A DNA stretch of 35,047 nt from Catajapyx aquilonaris (Eukaryota), in the NCBI GenBank assembly GCA_000934665.2, contig JYFJ02004131.1, positions 1 through 35,047 of the forward strand, read 5' to 3'. Positions 12,163 to 24,600 of this stretch are shown in pieces (the first letter of the stretch is position 1; every line of letters begins with the position of its first letter). A program made the translations under genes and the position numbers. The notes under the pieces were generated by a model. It saw only the letters and a program-made list of their open reading frames with translations, was not told the DNA's origin and did not search any database.

Positions 12163-12922
12163 CCCGCCACATAATCCCCTCGTATCGTGACAAACTGACA
12201 GGTTGATAGCGAATCCATACGCAACTCATCTTTTTCTGCTTCAAACCCATCAATTTCCAACACTTCCGACATGACATCAGTGCCGACTTATTTATCTTTA
12301 GCCGACACTTGCGCAAATTTATGACTTGTGACGTCTTTTCACACGTAAATGTCAACATGCCATATTCAACTTGCGTTAATTGTTATCAGCTTTATTAAAA
12401 CCAAAAATCGCATCGCTTTTATTTGCACTTCAACTTGTCTACTCAAAATGTTGTAGTACATAATTATAGCAGTATATGTATAGGTATACAAAGTATGAAC
12501 AATCAGCTCTACACTACTATACTATACGATGAATTTTTAATTGTGGCCAACCGGTGGTTTTGAAGCCACAATAGTCAGAATGGTTCCAAACAAAGAAAGC
12601 CTATCTGTGTGTATCAAACAAAGATGACAAATTGCGTGCAATACAAAGCAACAAAAGCCATAAGTATTCCCTTTGCTTCTATAGTATCTTCACCTCTCAT
12701 CATTTTCCATGCATCAACTTAACTACCATTATTGCATGCACCAATCCACAGGAGTACTGTTAGCCGATTCAAAAGAGCCCCCTTCCTATAATTATATTGA
12801 TATATGAAATGGACAAGACAGCACTCTCTTTATTGACTCTTCACATATATGCCAGGCAAATGAATAGCTTCCGGTCGCAAGGTTCAATATCGGTGTAGGT
12901 TACGCAGAAGAAGGTCGCAAAA

Positions 12923-14348
12923 ATGCGTGTGGCTTGGGCTTCAGTTCGAACTAAAGAAGAGAACGTTCACGAGTCGTTCAGAACAATCAGAATCATTTTG
13001 GTTGCATTAGGTTTGCTCCCAGCAGGGACAATCAGGCCATCGGGAAATTTTTTGAAACATCATTTCAACATGATTGGTGTATTTTTGCTTTTTGCATCAT
13101 TTTGGGTTTATGGATCAGTGCAACATTCAGTGCTGAAGTACATCCACAAGGGAACCTACATCGGTTACTTTGATTTTGTCAGCGTGGTTTTGTCCAGTGT
13201 TTTGTACTTAGCTCTGATTGTCAACTCAGGTCGTATATGTCAGATATTCATTGATATTGAACAACTATGCAAGTCCATGTCAATTCGAGGTCATAAAATG
13301 CACCGTTGCGCATATTCGGCCATACTTTCTGTAATTGCCAGATTCTTTTCATTGGTTGCACTTACTCTAATGGCCCGGTGGCCAAAATCTACGAATGATT
13401 GGATTGCATTCGCATTTTATTCGTACATGGAATTTGTCGTTTTCATGGCGTGGTGTCAACTGGTGTTTTTAGCAGTGTATGTCACACGGATTTTGGAATT
13501 TATCAACTGCGAAATCATATCCGCTTGTTCTCAACGACAAAATATATGTTCTGATCAATCATTGGCTATTAATGTGGAACAAAAATACAGATTTTCATGT
13601 CTCTGTCGCGCTTACTTTAAAATTTGCGACATCGTTGAAAAAATTACTCAGTCATACGGAGTATGTCTTGTTGGGTACTACGCAATAGCTGTGATGTATT
13701 TTGTTATCTGCGCTTTTCTTGTGATCACGATAAAGGAAACAGAAATGATGACTTGGGACGTAATTAGCCTTCTGTTCGTCACAAGTTTTGTAGTTTCCCT
13801 CACTGTCATCTTGGGAAACATACCTTTAAAGGTAAGTGATATTATCGGATATTATTTTGTACCATGCTGCACATTCAAAGCACATTCAAAGTAATTGATT
13901 ATATTAATTCGTATTTATAATTATACTTTAAGGCAACCGATGCATTGCAACACCTTATTCAAGTGAGTAGTGTATATTCAAACGAGGAATTCCTAGAGCA
14001 GGTAAATGTTTTTTTTTCTTCATAATCCAGGTGATTGTTGTGACCACACATTCATAATCTCTTCTAGGTCCAGTCTCTGGTGAAGAAAATGTCAGGCCCA
14101 CCAGTGGAAGTGTCCGCTGCCCATTTATTTACCATCAACCGCAGCCTACTGACTTCAGTTAGTATATAACACACAGACACACTGTTACCCAAAAGTGTTC
14201 ATGATACCTGTATTTTATTATATTGTTGCAGATTTCTGGTGTTGTGGTCACATACATTATAATTTTAGTGCAATTTAAGCCTCCATCTTCTGACGTAGCT
14301 GAAAAGGCATCGATCGACAATGCATCAAGAACTTATATCATAGAGTAG
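12923..14348 (+). CDS. Gustatory receptor (7tm_7 family), 394 aa, 4 exons
   Basis: Exons 12923-13831, 13933-14001, 14068-14157, 14232-14348; multiple hydrophobic helices; C-terminal SAAHLFTINRSLLTS and TYIIILVQF (TYxxxxxQF) motifs; one long first exon followed by three phase-0 introns, the typical arthropod Gr layout. Confidence 0.92.
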
Positions 14349-14646
14349 AATGACAAAATTGATAAAAGTTCATTAGGGATTGTCCTTTTTATTGTGTAAC
14401 AATGACTTTGCTTACTTTTCATTCACTATAGATGATCTCAATTTCTTACAAAATTAATGAAGTACATCTGGATGACTCAGGTGTTAATTACATGGCACTA
14501 TTGGCACACTGTATGAAACACTGTTTATTTACAATAAATATGTATCAGTACAAGCGAACAAATCATGGATTATTACTGTACGGTCTTGAACTACATATAT
14601 TGTGCACATATATTATTTATCCGGACACAATTCTTCAGGCTGAGGC

Positions 14647-15141
14647 CTACTCAATGCACTTGGTGTCCCTAGGCCAGGTGCATGAGTGCAAGGTCTGGTT
14701 GTACACCAATCCTCTCTGACACTCCTTCATGTATGCGGTACCTGAGTTGCACTCGCAGAACTTGTGGCAGTCTCCTGGGTACGGGTAGTACACCGGATTC
14801 GGAGGGTCGCGACGGGGACACTTTTCGGACACGGAGGGCGGACACGGAGGCGGAGGGGTGGCACTCAAGGTAAGGGTGTGACACTTGTATTCCTCCGAAT
14901 AAACGCATCGGCCCTGGTCGGGGTCAAACACGAGGTGACCAGGGCAATCGAAGTACCAAGCCACGCCGTTGCTACACTCGCAGAAGGCATGACAGTTGTC
15001 CTGTATAGGCAGGACCTTCGGAGGGGCAGGGTCGACTGAGGGACACTGGTCACTGATGGACATATCACATTGCCTTTGGGATAAGACAATGTGCGACATG
15101 CTGGCCAAAGCTGCGAGAAATATCGCTGGAATCATCTTCAT
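14647..15141 (-). CDS. Secreted peritrophin-like protein with 2 CBM14 repeats, 164 aa
   Basis: Signal peptide MKMIPAIFLAALASMSHIVLS; two 8-Cys repeats (FCECSNG, FCECNSG) matching repeats 3-4 of the paralogs; 5'UTR intron 15155-15232. Confidence 0.92.
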   Translation of the reverse strand: MKMIPAIFLAALASMSHIVLSQRQCDMSISDQCPSVDPAPPKVLPIQDNCHAFCECSNGVAWYFDCPGHLVFDPDQGRCVYSEEYKCHTLTLSATPPPPCPPSVSEKCPRRDPPNPVYYPYPGDCHKFCECNSGTAYMKECQRGLVYNQTLHSCTWPRDTKCIE

Positions 15142-15285
15142 GTTGTGGAATTATCTGAACAAAAACAAAATGATATTGTACTGGAAACTTGAGCTGTGCA
15201 CCTTGTACTACACCAATACCATTTATACTAACCTGAGGCTGAACCACAGTGGTCAATTCTGTGTTGAAAAATGACTCGAATGTCC

Positions 15286-15292
15286 TTTTATA
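15286..15292 (-). promoter_or_regulatory. Putative TATA box of the 14647-15141 gene
   Basis: TATAAAA on the minus strand upstream of donor CAG|GTTAGT at 15232. Confidence 0.55.
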
Positions 15293-15689
15293 GCATCGAC
15301 TGTTTCCTCCTTCAGTACACCTATCAAAAATAGTGACATCCTAATCTTTTGTATGGCCTATAAAATTTTCCTCCTCATTATCTGCTATTGCCACAAACAC
15401 CTGGAGGAAGAACAGAATCAAGTTATCATCTGTGTTATCATCTAGTTGACTGCTAGATTGTGCAAGTAAGGAAATGAAGTTCCTTCAGATGTAGTGTAAA
15501 GAAATAATTCAAATGCACACCAGCCGTCCGAATCCGCCCGAGCAGTTCCAAGTCAGCCGCAGCAACGCGACTTTTCCTTCCAGTCAGCAGTCCTTTGTGT
15601 GGAGCTTAGGGTTTCTCTCTCTCTGTTTGTGGCCTGACCTCAGGTGACCTGGGGTCGTAGTCTTTGTTGGAGGGGTTGGGTGGGGTAGG

Positions 15690-18600
15690 ATGGAAGGGGC
15701 TGGGATGGTGCTGGAGGCGGTGCTGGTCAACAGGAGGCTGCTGCAGGAGACACTGGAGCAGGGGAAGGGGATCAGAGACTGGATGGAGGCCATGGACAGG
15801 AGGATGGCCGCCATGGAGAACTGGGTCAAGGGGCAAGGAGGGCTGCCCACTGGCCAGGAGAAGTGCTGGCCAGCCCGCCATTGTTCGTTGTTTGAATTAT
15901 GTTAGTCAGAGTACGTATGCTAATTAAGGCGTTTTACACCAGCCGCACCTGGCCAGAGCGCACAGCCGGATGTACAACAGCCAGAAGATGAAGAACGCAC
16001 TTCTTTGAAACTGCCAGGGGAGATCAAAGTTGAGGCGGAATGGGATCCTGTCGAAGAACGACAGGATGCTGACCAGGACGCACATCACGACCAGCGTAAT
16101 GAGCATCAGGTGGGAGGAAAGTGCGTAAAGAAGAGCTTGACACTAATAATTTTCAATTGTAGGCTTCCCTGAGATTGCTAACTACCCATGATGATGGCAC
16201 TAGTGAATCGAAATTCATACCAGGGCCTGAACCTGAAGCCACTGAAGGACCTTCAAGTCTGGGTAATGGTGGGTATTGGTGTGGTTGTAAATTGTTGCAT
16301 TATGCTGATGCTATGTAACTCATCACACTTGGTTTCTTGTGTGCACCTCCAAAGACGGTCGAGAAACTCAATATGAGGGTCGTTTGGGATGCTCTGGGAG
16401 ATCAATGATAACTGAACCAAATTGGGAAGGTGCGAGGTCAGGTGACGTCCTATTACCACCTGAAGGCGTGTATGTCATGGAAGCTGAGCTCAGCAGCACT
16501 CTGGATATTGACGAGACTGAGGTGAGTTGACAAGTGGCGTGTATTGTACCACTAGTGATAGTTGCATATGTTGGGAAAGGCGCTATTCAGCCCCCNTTTT
16601 GTGAAAACCTACAAATGAAAATAGTGGGGACATGTCCCCACTAATTTACACATGTCCCCACTGTAATGGTACACTTCGCGTGTGTGAGACTGTGGGGACC
16701 GACAAATGTCCCCACAATTGGAACTGGTCCCCACAGCTACAGTAAAACCACAGACTTCCGTCCCCAGACCTTAGTCAAGACCTGATCACCTGGGGATGCA
16801 GGACTTGCTAAGAGCACATGAAAAGAGACAGAGTTGCAGGGGGCTGATTAAAGGTAACGACAGCGTGCGTTTCCATTGCATCTCTAAGGCCACTTGCACA
16901 CTTATTGTTATTATTTTAGTGCAGGCCATGTGCGGGCTGGGACGTGGGCATGGGCTAACAACAGGGTTCACGTGGAAACTTCAAGGATCTATTCTAGGGC
17001 CTCAACATCCATACTGTAGTCTACTGGTCATGGAATACTTTGTGTATCACATTGCTATGCAACACTTCATACTTTTGGAGACTCCAAACCAGTAGTTTCG
17101 TCTCCTGCGGCCAAGGATGACCTCGGAGGTCAAGTCAATGTGCTTGTGACCTTCCCAGTAAAAAACTACTCCTAATCATTCCCCTGGGGCATATGTCGAG
17201 ACTTCCGTATGGATTTGCATCGGGATCAGACAGAAAGATAGATATACGTCGAGAAATATGTATTACATTTGACGTACGCTGTAGCGAATTCCATTTGGCT
17301 TGTGAAGAAAAACCTTTTACTTTAAGCATAAGAAAATACTGTACTGTACTGTACTGTGGTTTATAGTTTTATTTTCACAAGTTTTAATTTAGTTCATATG
17401 TTGGGTTAACTTGCATCTCCCGTCATCGCTGACTACCCCTCATAGGGAAATGTCGTGATGTTGTTGCTGTTGTATAAGAAAATACTCAAGTTAATATTAT
17501 CTGAAGTGTATTGTGTACTAAATATACGAGTATAATGCCCTGTGGTTTATTATTGTAGCGTGAGTGGAAAGAGGAACAAGAAATGCAAGAAAGTGATGAT
17601 AGTAATGTGGCTTGTGAGAAATCTGACCGGACATCCAATCCCCAGAGCTCAGACGGTCCTTCAGAGCAGAATGCACATGAAATGGTGAGATATTAGAAAT
17701 GCTTACTAGGAAAACCCCTGCTCCGCTTGCATTTTCCTAAGGCGCAGGTCGAGAAAACCACTCGCTTCGCTCGCTCTTTTCTATGCCTGCGGTGTAGTCC
17801 ATGTTCTTAATGATGCTCATCCAACAATATTATCCGCATCATACTCCCCTCCCCTCGATCTCCCTCCGTGCCACCTGCCTCTGCCCCCTCCTTATATTAA
17901 CCCATTGACGGCTAAGTATATCATAATGATTATGATGGCCTGAGGGTTTTTGAACTACGCAGGTGGAGCCTGAGAGGCTCCAATGGTATATTTAAATCTC
18001 TGCTTATCAACTAAATTGTTATATTGGACTTTACACATTCAGAAACTGCAGTTCAGATCATTAGGCTTCCGAAAACGTAAAAATCACATCCGACAGGGAA
18101 AAATGTTAAGTTAAAGGTTACATCATGTTTGAGCCGCTCGGGCTTCACCTGCATAGGTAGAGCCTGAGCGGTTCCAGGAGGGACCTGTTCCTCATTACGA
18201 ATTTTTTTAAACCAAAGAATAGGGACTAAATTTTTTTTTGTTTCCTTTTCATGCTTAAGAAGGTTTTTCTGACAAAGTCACGGAAGGACAGGGGAAAATA
18301 AAATTCAATGAAAAAGTTACATCGTTTAAATAGTGGTTGGAGCCTCTAAGGCTCCACTTACGTAGTTATAGTCAGTTGTAGCCTACTGCTAGTGACATTT
18401 TCCAAAGTGACAGAAGTGCAAATCGAAGTGATATGGTGCGAACAGAGCGAGTAAGAAATGGTAGGCCTTGGGTGACGTCACTGGCACGGGGGCAACGGAG
18501 AAAAAGGCTTGTCCCCAGCTGGCAACGTCACCCAGGGCCTACCATTTTTGACTTGCATGAGTTGCACTCTATCACTTTGATTTACACTTCTGCCACATCG

Positions 18601-21600
18601 AAAATTGTAGCTAGCAGTACGACGGAATTAATGTCCAGCACTGCACGACAATACCAGTCTTACAAGTACTCAAGCATGTAATTGTCGTGAGCTGATAGTG
18701 TGTACTGGCCAAACATTGCTCGAGTGAATTGGCAGCCGGCCAACCGCTCTGCCACCACCAGCCACCACCACCCCCGCCACAATGAAGAAGCAGGAGCTGG
18801 CATCGCCGCGCTTGGTGACCCAAAGGGAAGGCGCACGGGTTCAAACCAAGCCATCCTGGCCAAGCGGGTAGAAATATTAGGCTGATGTCATTGTCACCGT
18901 CATCATTATCATCATCATTGTCCTGGACATAACTAAGAGATCGCGCGCNGGGGGGGGGGGGGGGGGGGGGGGAGAGAGAGAGAGAGAGGCGAGGGGCATC
19001 CTCCCCGTGCACACGCCACTGCACCTTGCAACGTTACTGCCCTACACTATTTCCTGGTGTTTGTGGCATGTTACCCATTTTAGTTGTGCGCAAAGCTAAC
19101 CTGTTGCAGTAAATGATCATGGAAGAATGAATTCCGAGTTGTTGACATATTATTACTGTGACAGGATGACACAAAACGAGTTGCTTCGGTGACCACTGAG
19201 GAGGAATTGGAAATGGTCCGCAATACTGCTGGAGTATGCGGACCATCAGCAGCAGTCCTCGACTTCCAGCCAGAAAAGGAGCTTGCAACTGATGGGGAAG
19301 AGGTAGAGGAGGAGGACGGACCTGCACCAGCCAAGCGTCCCATGATAGAGGATCGTTTGTGTTGCATATGTGGTTCACTGATGACTTCTGCATCAGATGT
19401 TATGTGTCACATGTGCAACAGTGTTGCCCACATGAAGTGCACTGGGGAAGGACGGGAGGTGGCACCAGGAACGTCCTACACATGTCCACTTTGTGTCTCA
19501 GCAGCTACCATTCACCATGAAAGAGCTGGGGCTCACCAAGGGCTGAAGAGAGGGGTGGAGGACATGCTGAAGAAATCGCACAAGCAGAAGCAAAATCTGG
19601 CTGTGGGTGATTGTGTCCTCTACAGTGTGCCGAAGGTTGACCGGGGACCTGTGGACCCTGAGAATATAGTTGGAGTAATACTGGCTACAAATGAGCATGG
19701 CCTCTTCCAAATGGGGACCAAAAAGGGCATCATCAATGGCTGGCATAGGGAAGAGGACCTGTGCAAGACCCTGGTGCAGTTTGTGACCCTTGATGATGTG
19801 CGTCAGGATAAGACTTTATCAGTCAGGGAGGCAATGGCTGCGTTCTCGGGGGGGCAAGGGTTCAGGAAGTGCATGTGCCAGCTGTCAAAGGTACGATGCC
19901 AAACTGCTAGATGTGGTTGCTTCCAGAAAAGCATGCTCTGTAACTCGAGATGTCATAAGAGCACACCATGTGGCAATAAATAGTTGGAAGCAATATCCTG
20001 CCTACGTTTATGGGAAACAGGGACAACATCATGTTAATGTTTCAGTTAATGACGTTCACAGTAAGTATATGTTTACTTGGGAAAGTGCCACTGCTGGGAA
20101 CACCATTTGAGTTATTGGAAATCAAAACTCTGAGTCATGAGTCACTGGGCGCAAGTTGAGTACTTTCCTCTCTCTGCATTATTTGACGCAAGTTGAGTTC
20201 ATGGAGATGACAAATGTTGCATTGATTTCACCGATGCAACTCATTTTGTGTCATTCTGTTACAGTAATAATATGTCAACAACTAGGAATTCATTCTTCCA
20301 TGATCATTTACTGCAACAGGTTAGCTTTGCGCACAACTAAAATGGGTAACATGCACAACCACCAGGAAATAGTGTGGGGCAGTAACGTTGAAGATGCAGT
20401 GGCACCCCCCCNGACCCCCCCCCCCCCCCCATCCCCCCGCGATCTCTTAGTAATGTCCAGGACAATGATGATGATAATAATGATGACGGTGATAATGACA
20501 TCAGCCTAATATTTCTACCCACTTGACCAGGACGGCTCGGTTTGAACCGTGCTCTTTCCCTTTGCGTCACCAAGCGTGGCGATGCCAGCTCCTGCTTCTT
20601 CATTGTGGTGGCTGGTGGGGGCAGAGTGGTTGGCCGGCTGCCAATTCACTTGAGCACTGTTCGGCCAGTACACACTATCGGCTCACGACATATACATATA
20701 GGAAATACCCATTTTACGCTGGTAATTGGTTCCAGCAACACAATGGGTGAATTGGGAGTAAGATGAAGAGGTGTAAAAGGGGTACTTCCTGTATAAGCGA
20801 TTTGAACTAGTTAAATTGTCATAATTTATGAATAAGGTGTCTCTTACTAGTGAGACTTCCTGCTGCCAGAGTATGTATTTGTCCAAAAGAAGTCGAGAAT
20901 GTAGGGTGAAAGATGTGGAGGAATCAACCAGTAATGGTGTAGATTGCAGACAACAAGACACTTGTGCCTTTTCCTAGACACCTCTGACAACAAACATTGT
21001 AGTCATTGACCGGAAGAACAGCATGTGAATTTGCAATGGTTGCATGGAATTAGCATATGCATGTAATAATGATTACTGTGCATGAGGCAACGTTGCAAAT
21101 TTTGTCCCCTATTGCATAGTACTCATGATCACTTTTACGTCCTGCTCCCTAGGCAACCATTTCTAATTCACAAGCTGTTTTGCCTTCAACAACTGAAATG
21201 TGGGTTGTCTAGGGAAAGCAAATGCATCAGGTCAGCCCAAAGAGTTCTGATATCCTCCTGAGACCTGAGAAGAATTTTTAAAGCAATGTCAGTTCCTATT
21301 GCATTTTCTGAACATTTTCCCAATAAGAAATGAGAAAAAAAATTTAGTTTTCAAAAATCGACAAAAATAGTGACAAACAACCAATGAGAACATTAGGACC
21401 CAATTGTTGCTACAAAAGCAGAACGGATGAAAGCTGAAAATTGAAATACCACTTAATGGATCACTCACATAGTGCTCTATCCTCAAAACAATGTTTTTAA
21501 AATTCATTTGTGGAATTTGTGGTAGCAATTCCTCTCAGAAGACAATGAAAGATAAATGAAATTATTTTTGAATGCCACCACTCCAGGCATTGGGCTTGCT

Positions 21601-24600
21601 CCTTCCCTTCTTACCCCCTAACATGGTACCTTGCTATTCTAGATTTTAAAACTGAACTGCATAGTGCAAAGCACACTTCCTTATGGGTGTATAAAGTCAC
21701 AGCCCATTCAGCTAAAAATGCCATTTTTCGGATGTCCATTTAAATGGGCATTTGGTCTCAGGAAGAAAAGAAAATGATCAGTTCTCTACAGCAACAAAGA
21801 TTGTAACAGGCACATCTTTTCGTATTTCCTAATACACATTCCTTGTGAATCCCAGGACATTCACTGCATTGCGAAAATCTCACTCTAAATATGAGTAAAA
21901 AAATAAAACTGATCAGATGAGCGCCTAGCTTCAGCAGCGGAATCCGCCATATTCATAAGTGATTCAATTTTCGCCGCCAAAGTCAGATATTCAACCCTAG
22001 GTGGCTACACCTATTGAGGCCAGATTGTAATCATGGGATACCAACATATTACAGTTCTCTTGGCATCACTAGTTGGCGCCAAAAAAATCTTTTGCTGATG
22101 TCGACATATGTCGATATCAGGTCTCAGGAGGATATAATATACCTAGAGAGGAAGTACTCCCTATCCTTTCCCATTAGCCAGGGAGAGGCAGCTGCCATCT
22201 TTACCATGGGCATATTGTTGCCTGACTTACATTTCAGCCCAAGTACTTTCTCTAGGTATACAGGGTGTATCAGAGTCACGAGTCAAGCAGGAGCGAGGGG
22301 TGGGGAAAAATTGTAGGTGGCGACAACCCCAGTCGGTTTTATAAAACAATTAGAAATACGGCAGTAATCAATTTATTTATTACGGTCTACGGTGTGACGT
22401 CACATCCTTTCTGTATTCAAATTGACCCCCGCGGACTGGCAAATGCAAGGCAAATGCTACACCGGCAGGGTAAGTACCCTGCCGGTGTAGCATGAGAGCG
22501 CCTTTTTCAGTGCAACCCGCAAGGCTAAAAACCCGTTCAACCAGGTTCAACAGAAAGCATTTGCCTTGCATTTGCCAGTCCGCGGGGGTCAATTCGAATA
22601 CAGAAAGGATGTGACGTCACGCCGTAAACCGTAATAAATAAATTGATTACTGCCGTATTTCTAATTGTTTTATAAAACCGACCGGGGTTGTCGCCACCTA
22701 CGATTTTTCCCCACCCCCTCGCTCCCGCTTGACCCGTGACTCTGATACACCCTGTATATTATAGCAGAACTCTTTGGGTCAGTCACATCATTACCCATTG
22801 ATCCTTTGACCTTTCCCATCCCTACATTTTGGACTTGTTTTGGGACAATGGTTACACTGGTGGCCAAAAGTCTCACCAGTGAAAAAGCACCCTGAATGTA
22901 ACACTTCCGTGACCATAAGGATTACTTTTGATACACATGTGCTTCAAGGCACATCTATCATATTAAAATCCTTATTTGTTTGTATAAGTCCTCTGATTGG
23001 TCTGCCCCCATATTGTTGTCACCGCCACATTCCGATTGGCCCCGTCCAATGTTACCTGGACGTGTTGTTACCATGACGCCTCCTATTGGCCCTCGTTCCG
23101 AGCATGCGCAATGGGTGGAAGAACGCCACTGTTGCTTGCTGGACGTCAACGAGGACTCATCTCCTCTCCCGTGAAGACCCCTAGCTACCCATCCACCTTC
23201 CTCCACCCACATCTTCACAGTGACCTCACAACAGGGGAGGGGGAGAGGAGCGGGAAATGGAACGTGCCATAAACAAACCGAATCGAATATTGGCCAAGGT
23301 CGGGATGTTGTTTATCAGTGGTGCCAACTCCATGGACATTTATGAACAAAGTAAAATAATCAGTTTCAGTTTTCTAAACAAGGTCCTTCGTGTCACCCTT
23401 GTGGGAAGAGTTTGGTAGCAGGATTAGCCGCGATATTCAACACTGAACCCGGAGATTGCCCGAGAATGTCAAAAGAAAGTGGCGGGAAGAATTAAAACAG
23501 TTTTTGATCATCTAATACAAACACTGGAGAAGAGTTCCATGGCTGTTTATAATAGGGGGGAGTTATGAACAGTTAGAAAGACGTGGTCGGAATGTGTGCA
23601 TATAATTTATGTACATGTGCGAGTAGAGGCAGTGAAGAGGTTGTGAATTTCTGTTCATACAATAATTTATTGGTGTTTTTTTTTAAATTCAAAAGGTATT
23701 GGTACCATATGTTGAAGTGGGCAAATGCGTATTTCCCAGCCAATGCAAAGGTGGGATTGCAGATTGGTTGCAGGGTAGGGAATCACAGATTATGTGAATG
23801 CATGGAGGAACTGGTGGGGTTGGGGGGCATGCATATGATTGGCATCATCACTGGCTATAAGTCCAAAGTATAACTGAAAATATGGTGGGCACTGTAGGCC
23901 GCAGGCCTAGAAAAAAGCGAGCGAAGCGAGTGGTTTTCTACGCCTGCGCCATAGAAAAATGCGAGCGTAGCGAGGGTTTTACTAGTATATTATTTACTTT
24001 TACAGTGTATGTGACAATATTTTTTTATTTTGCTCTAGGAATACTGGAAACTGCAGGTGACACCAAAGGCAGCTGATAATGATCTTTCACCAAAATCCAG
24101 CACATCTTCAGACACAGGAATTCCAGGCCAATCAATAACAAAGAAAGTGAGTTGTAATCTTGATTTTAAAAAGTACTCTAGACTTTTGATACATGGTAAG
24201 GCTCAAGTTCAGTGAATGTTCAGATATCTCCAACTAGCAGGTTACCCGGCGTTGCCCGGGTATGTTGGGGTGCTGGTAAAGGTAGGGGTGCATATACAGT
24301 ACCGTATTTTAGGAAGTGTGTTTGTTTGTAAAAATTTCCCTTCAATACACTCGAAACTCGATATGTCTTAAAACAGGCCCTGTAAGTTGCAATAAGCCAA
24401 AGTTTGTCACTATCTGTGATAGATTACCTGCTTGTCTTATAGCGTATAGTCGACACAGATATTCTGATTGGATGTGTAAAAAGAGGAATGCGGATGGAGT
24501 TGGCCCAGGAAAAGACTGCACAACCATGTGTTTTTTCCCATGCATTTTTGACAGCTTGACCCCCCAACCCCACTTCACACCCCCACCTCGTTCCATATGT

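Larger units (their letters stand above)
17704..23987. mobile_element. ~6.3-kb segment bounded by ~90-bp imperfect inverted repeats, containing nested insertions
   Basis: TACTAGGAAAACCCCTGCTCCGCTTGCATTTT..GAAAACCACTCGCTTCGCTCGCT (17704-~17790) is the reverse complement of ~23897-23987; TA dinucleotide at both outer ends. Confidence 0.65.

Noticed and set aside
18949..18990. Long G run as a G-quadruplex element, also the C run at ~20405-20438
   Set aside because: Adjacent to N placeholders, so run length is unreliable
20800..21950. Possible decayed coding sequence inside the nested element
   Set aside because: No recognisable motif in the frames I read; needs a translated search
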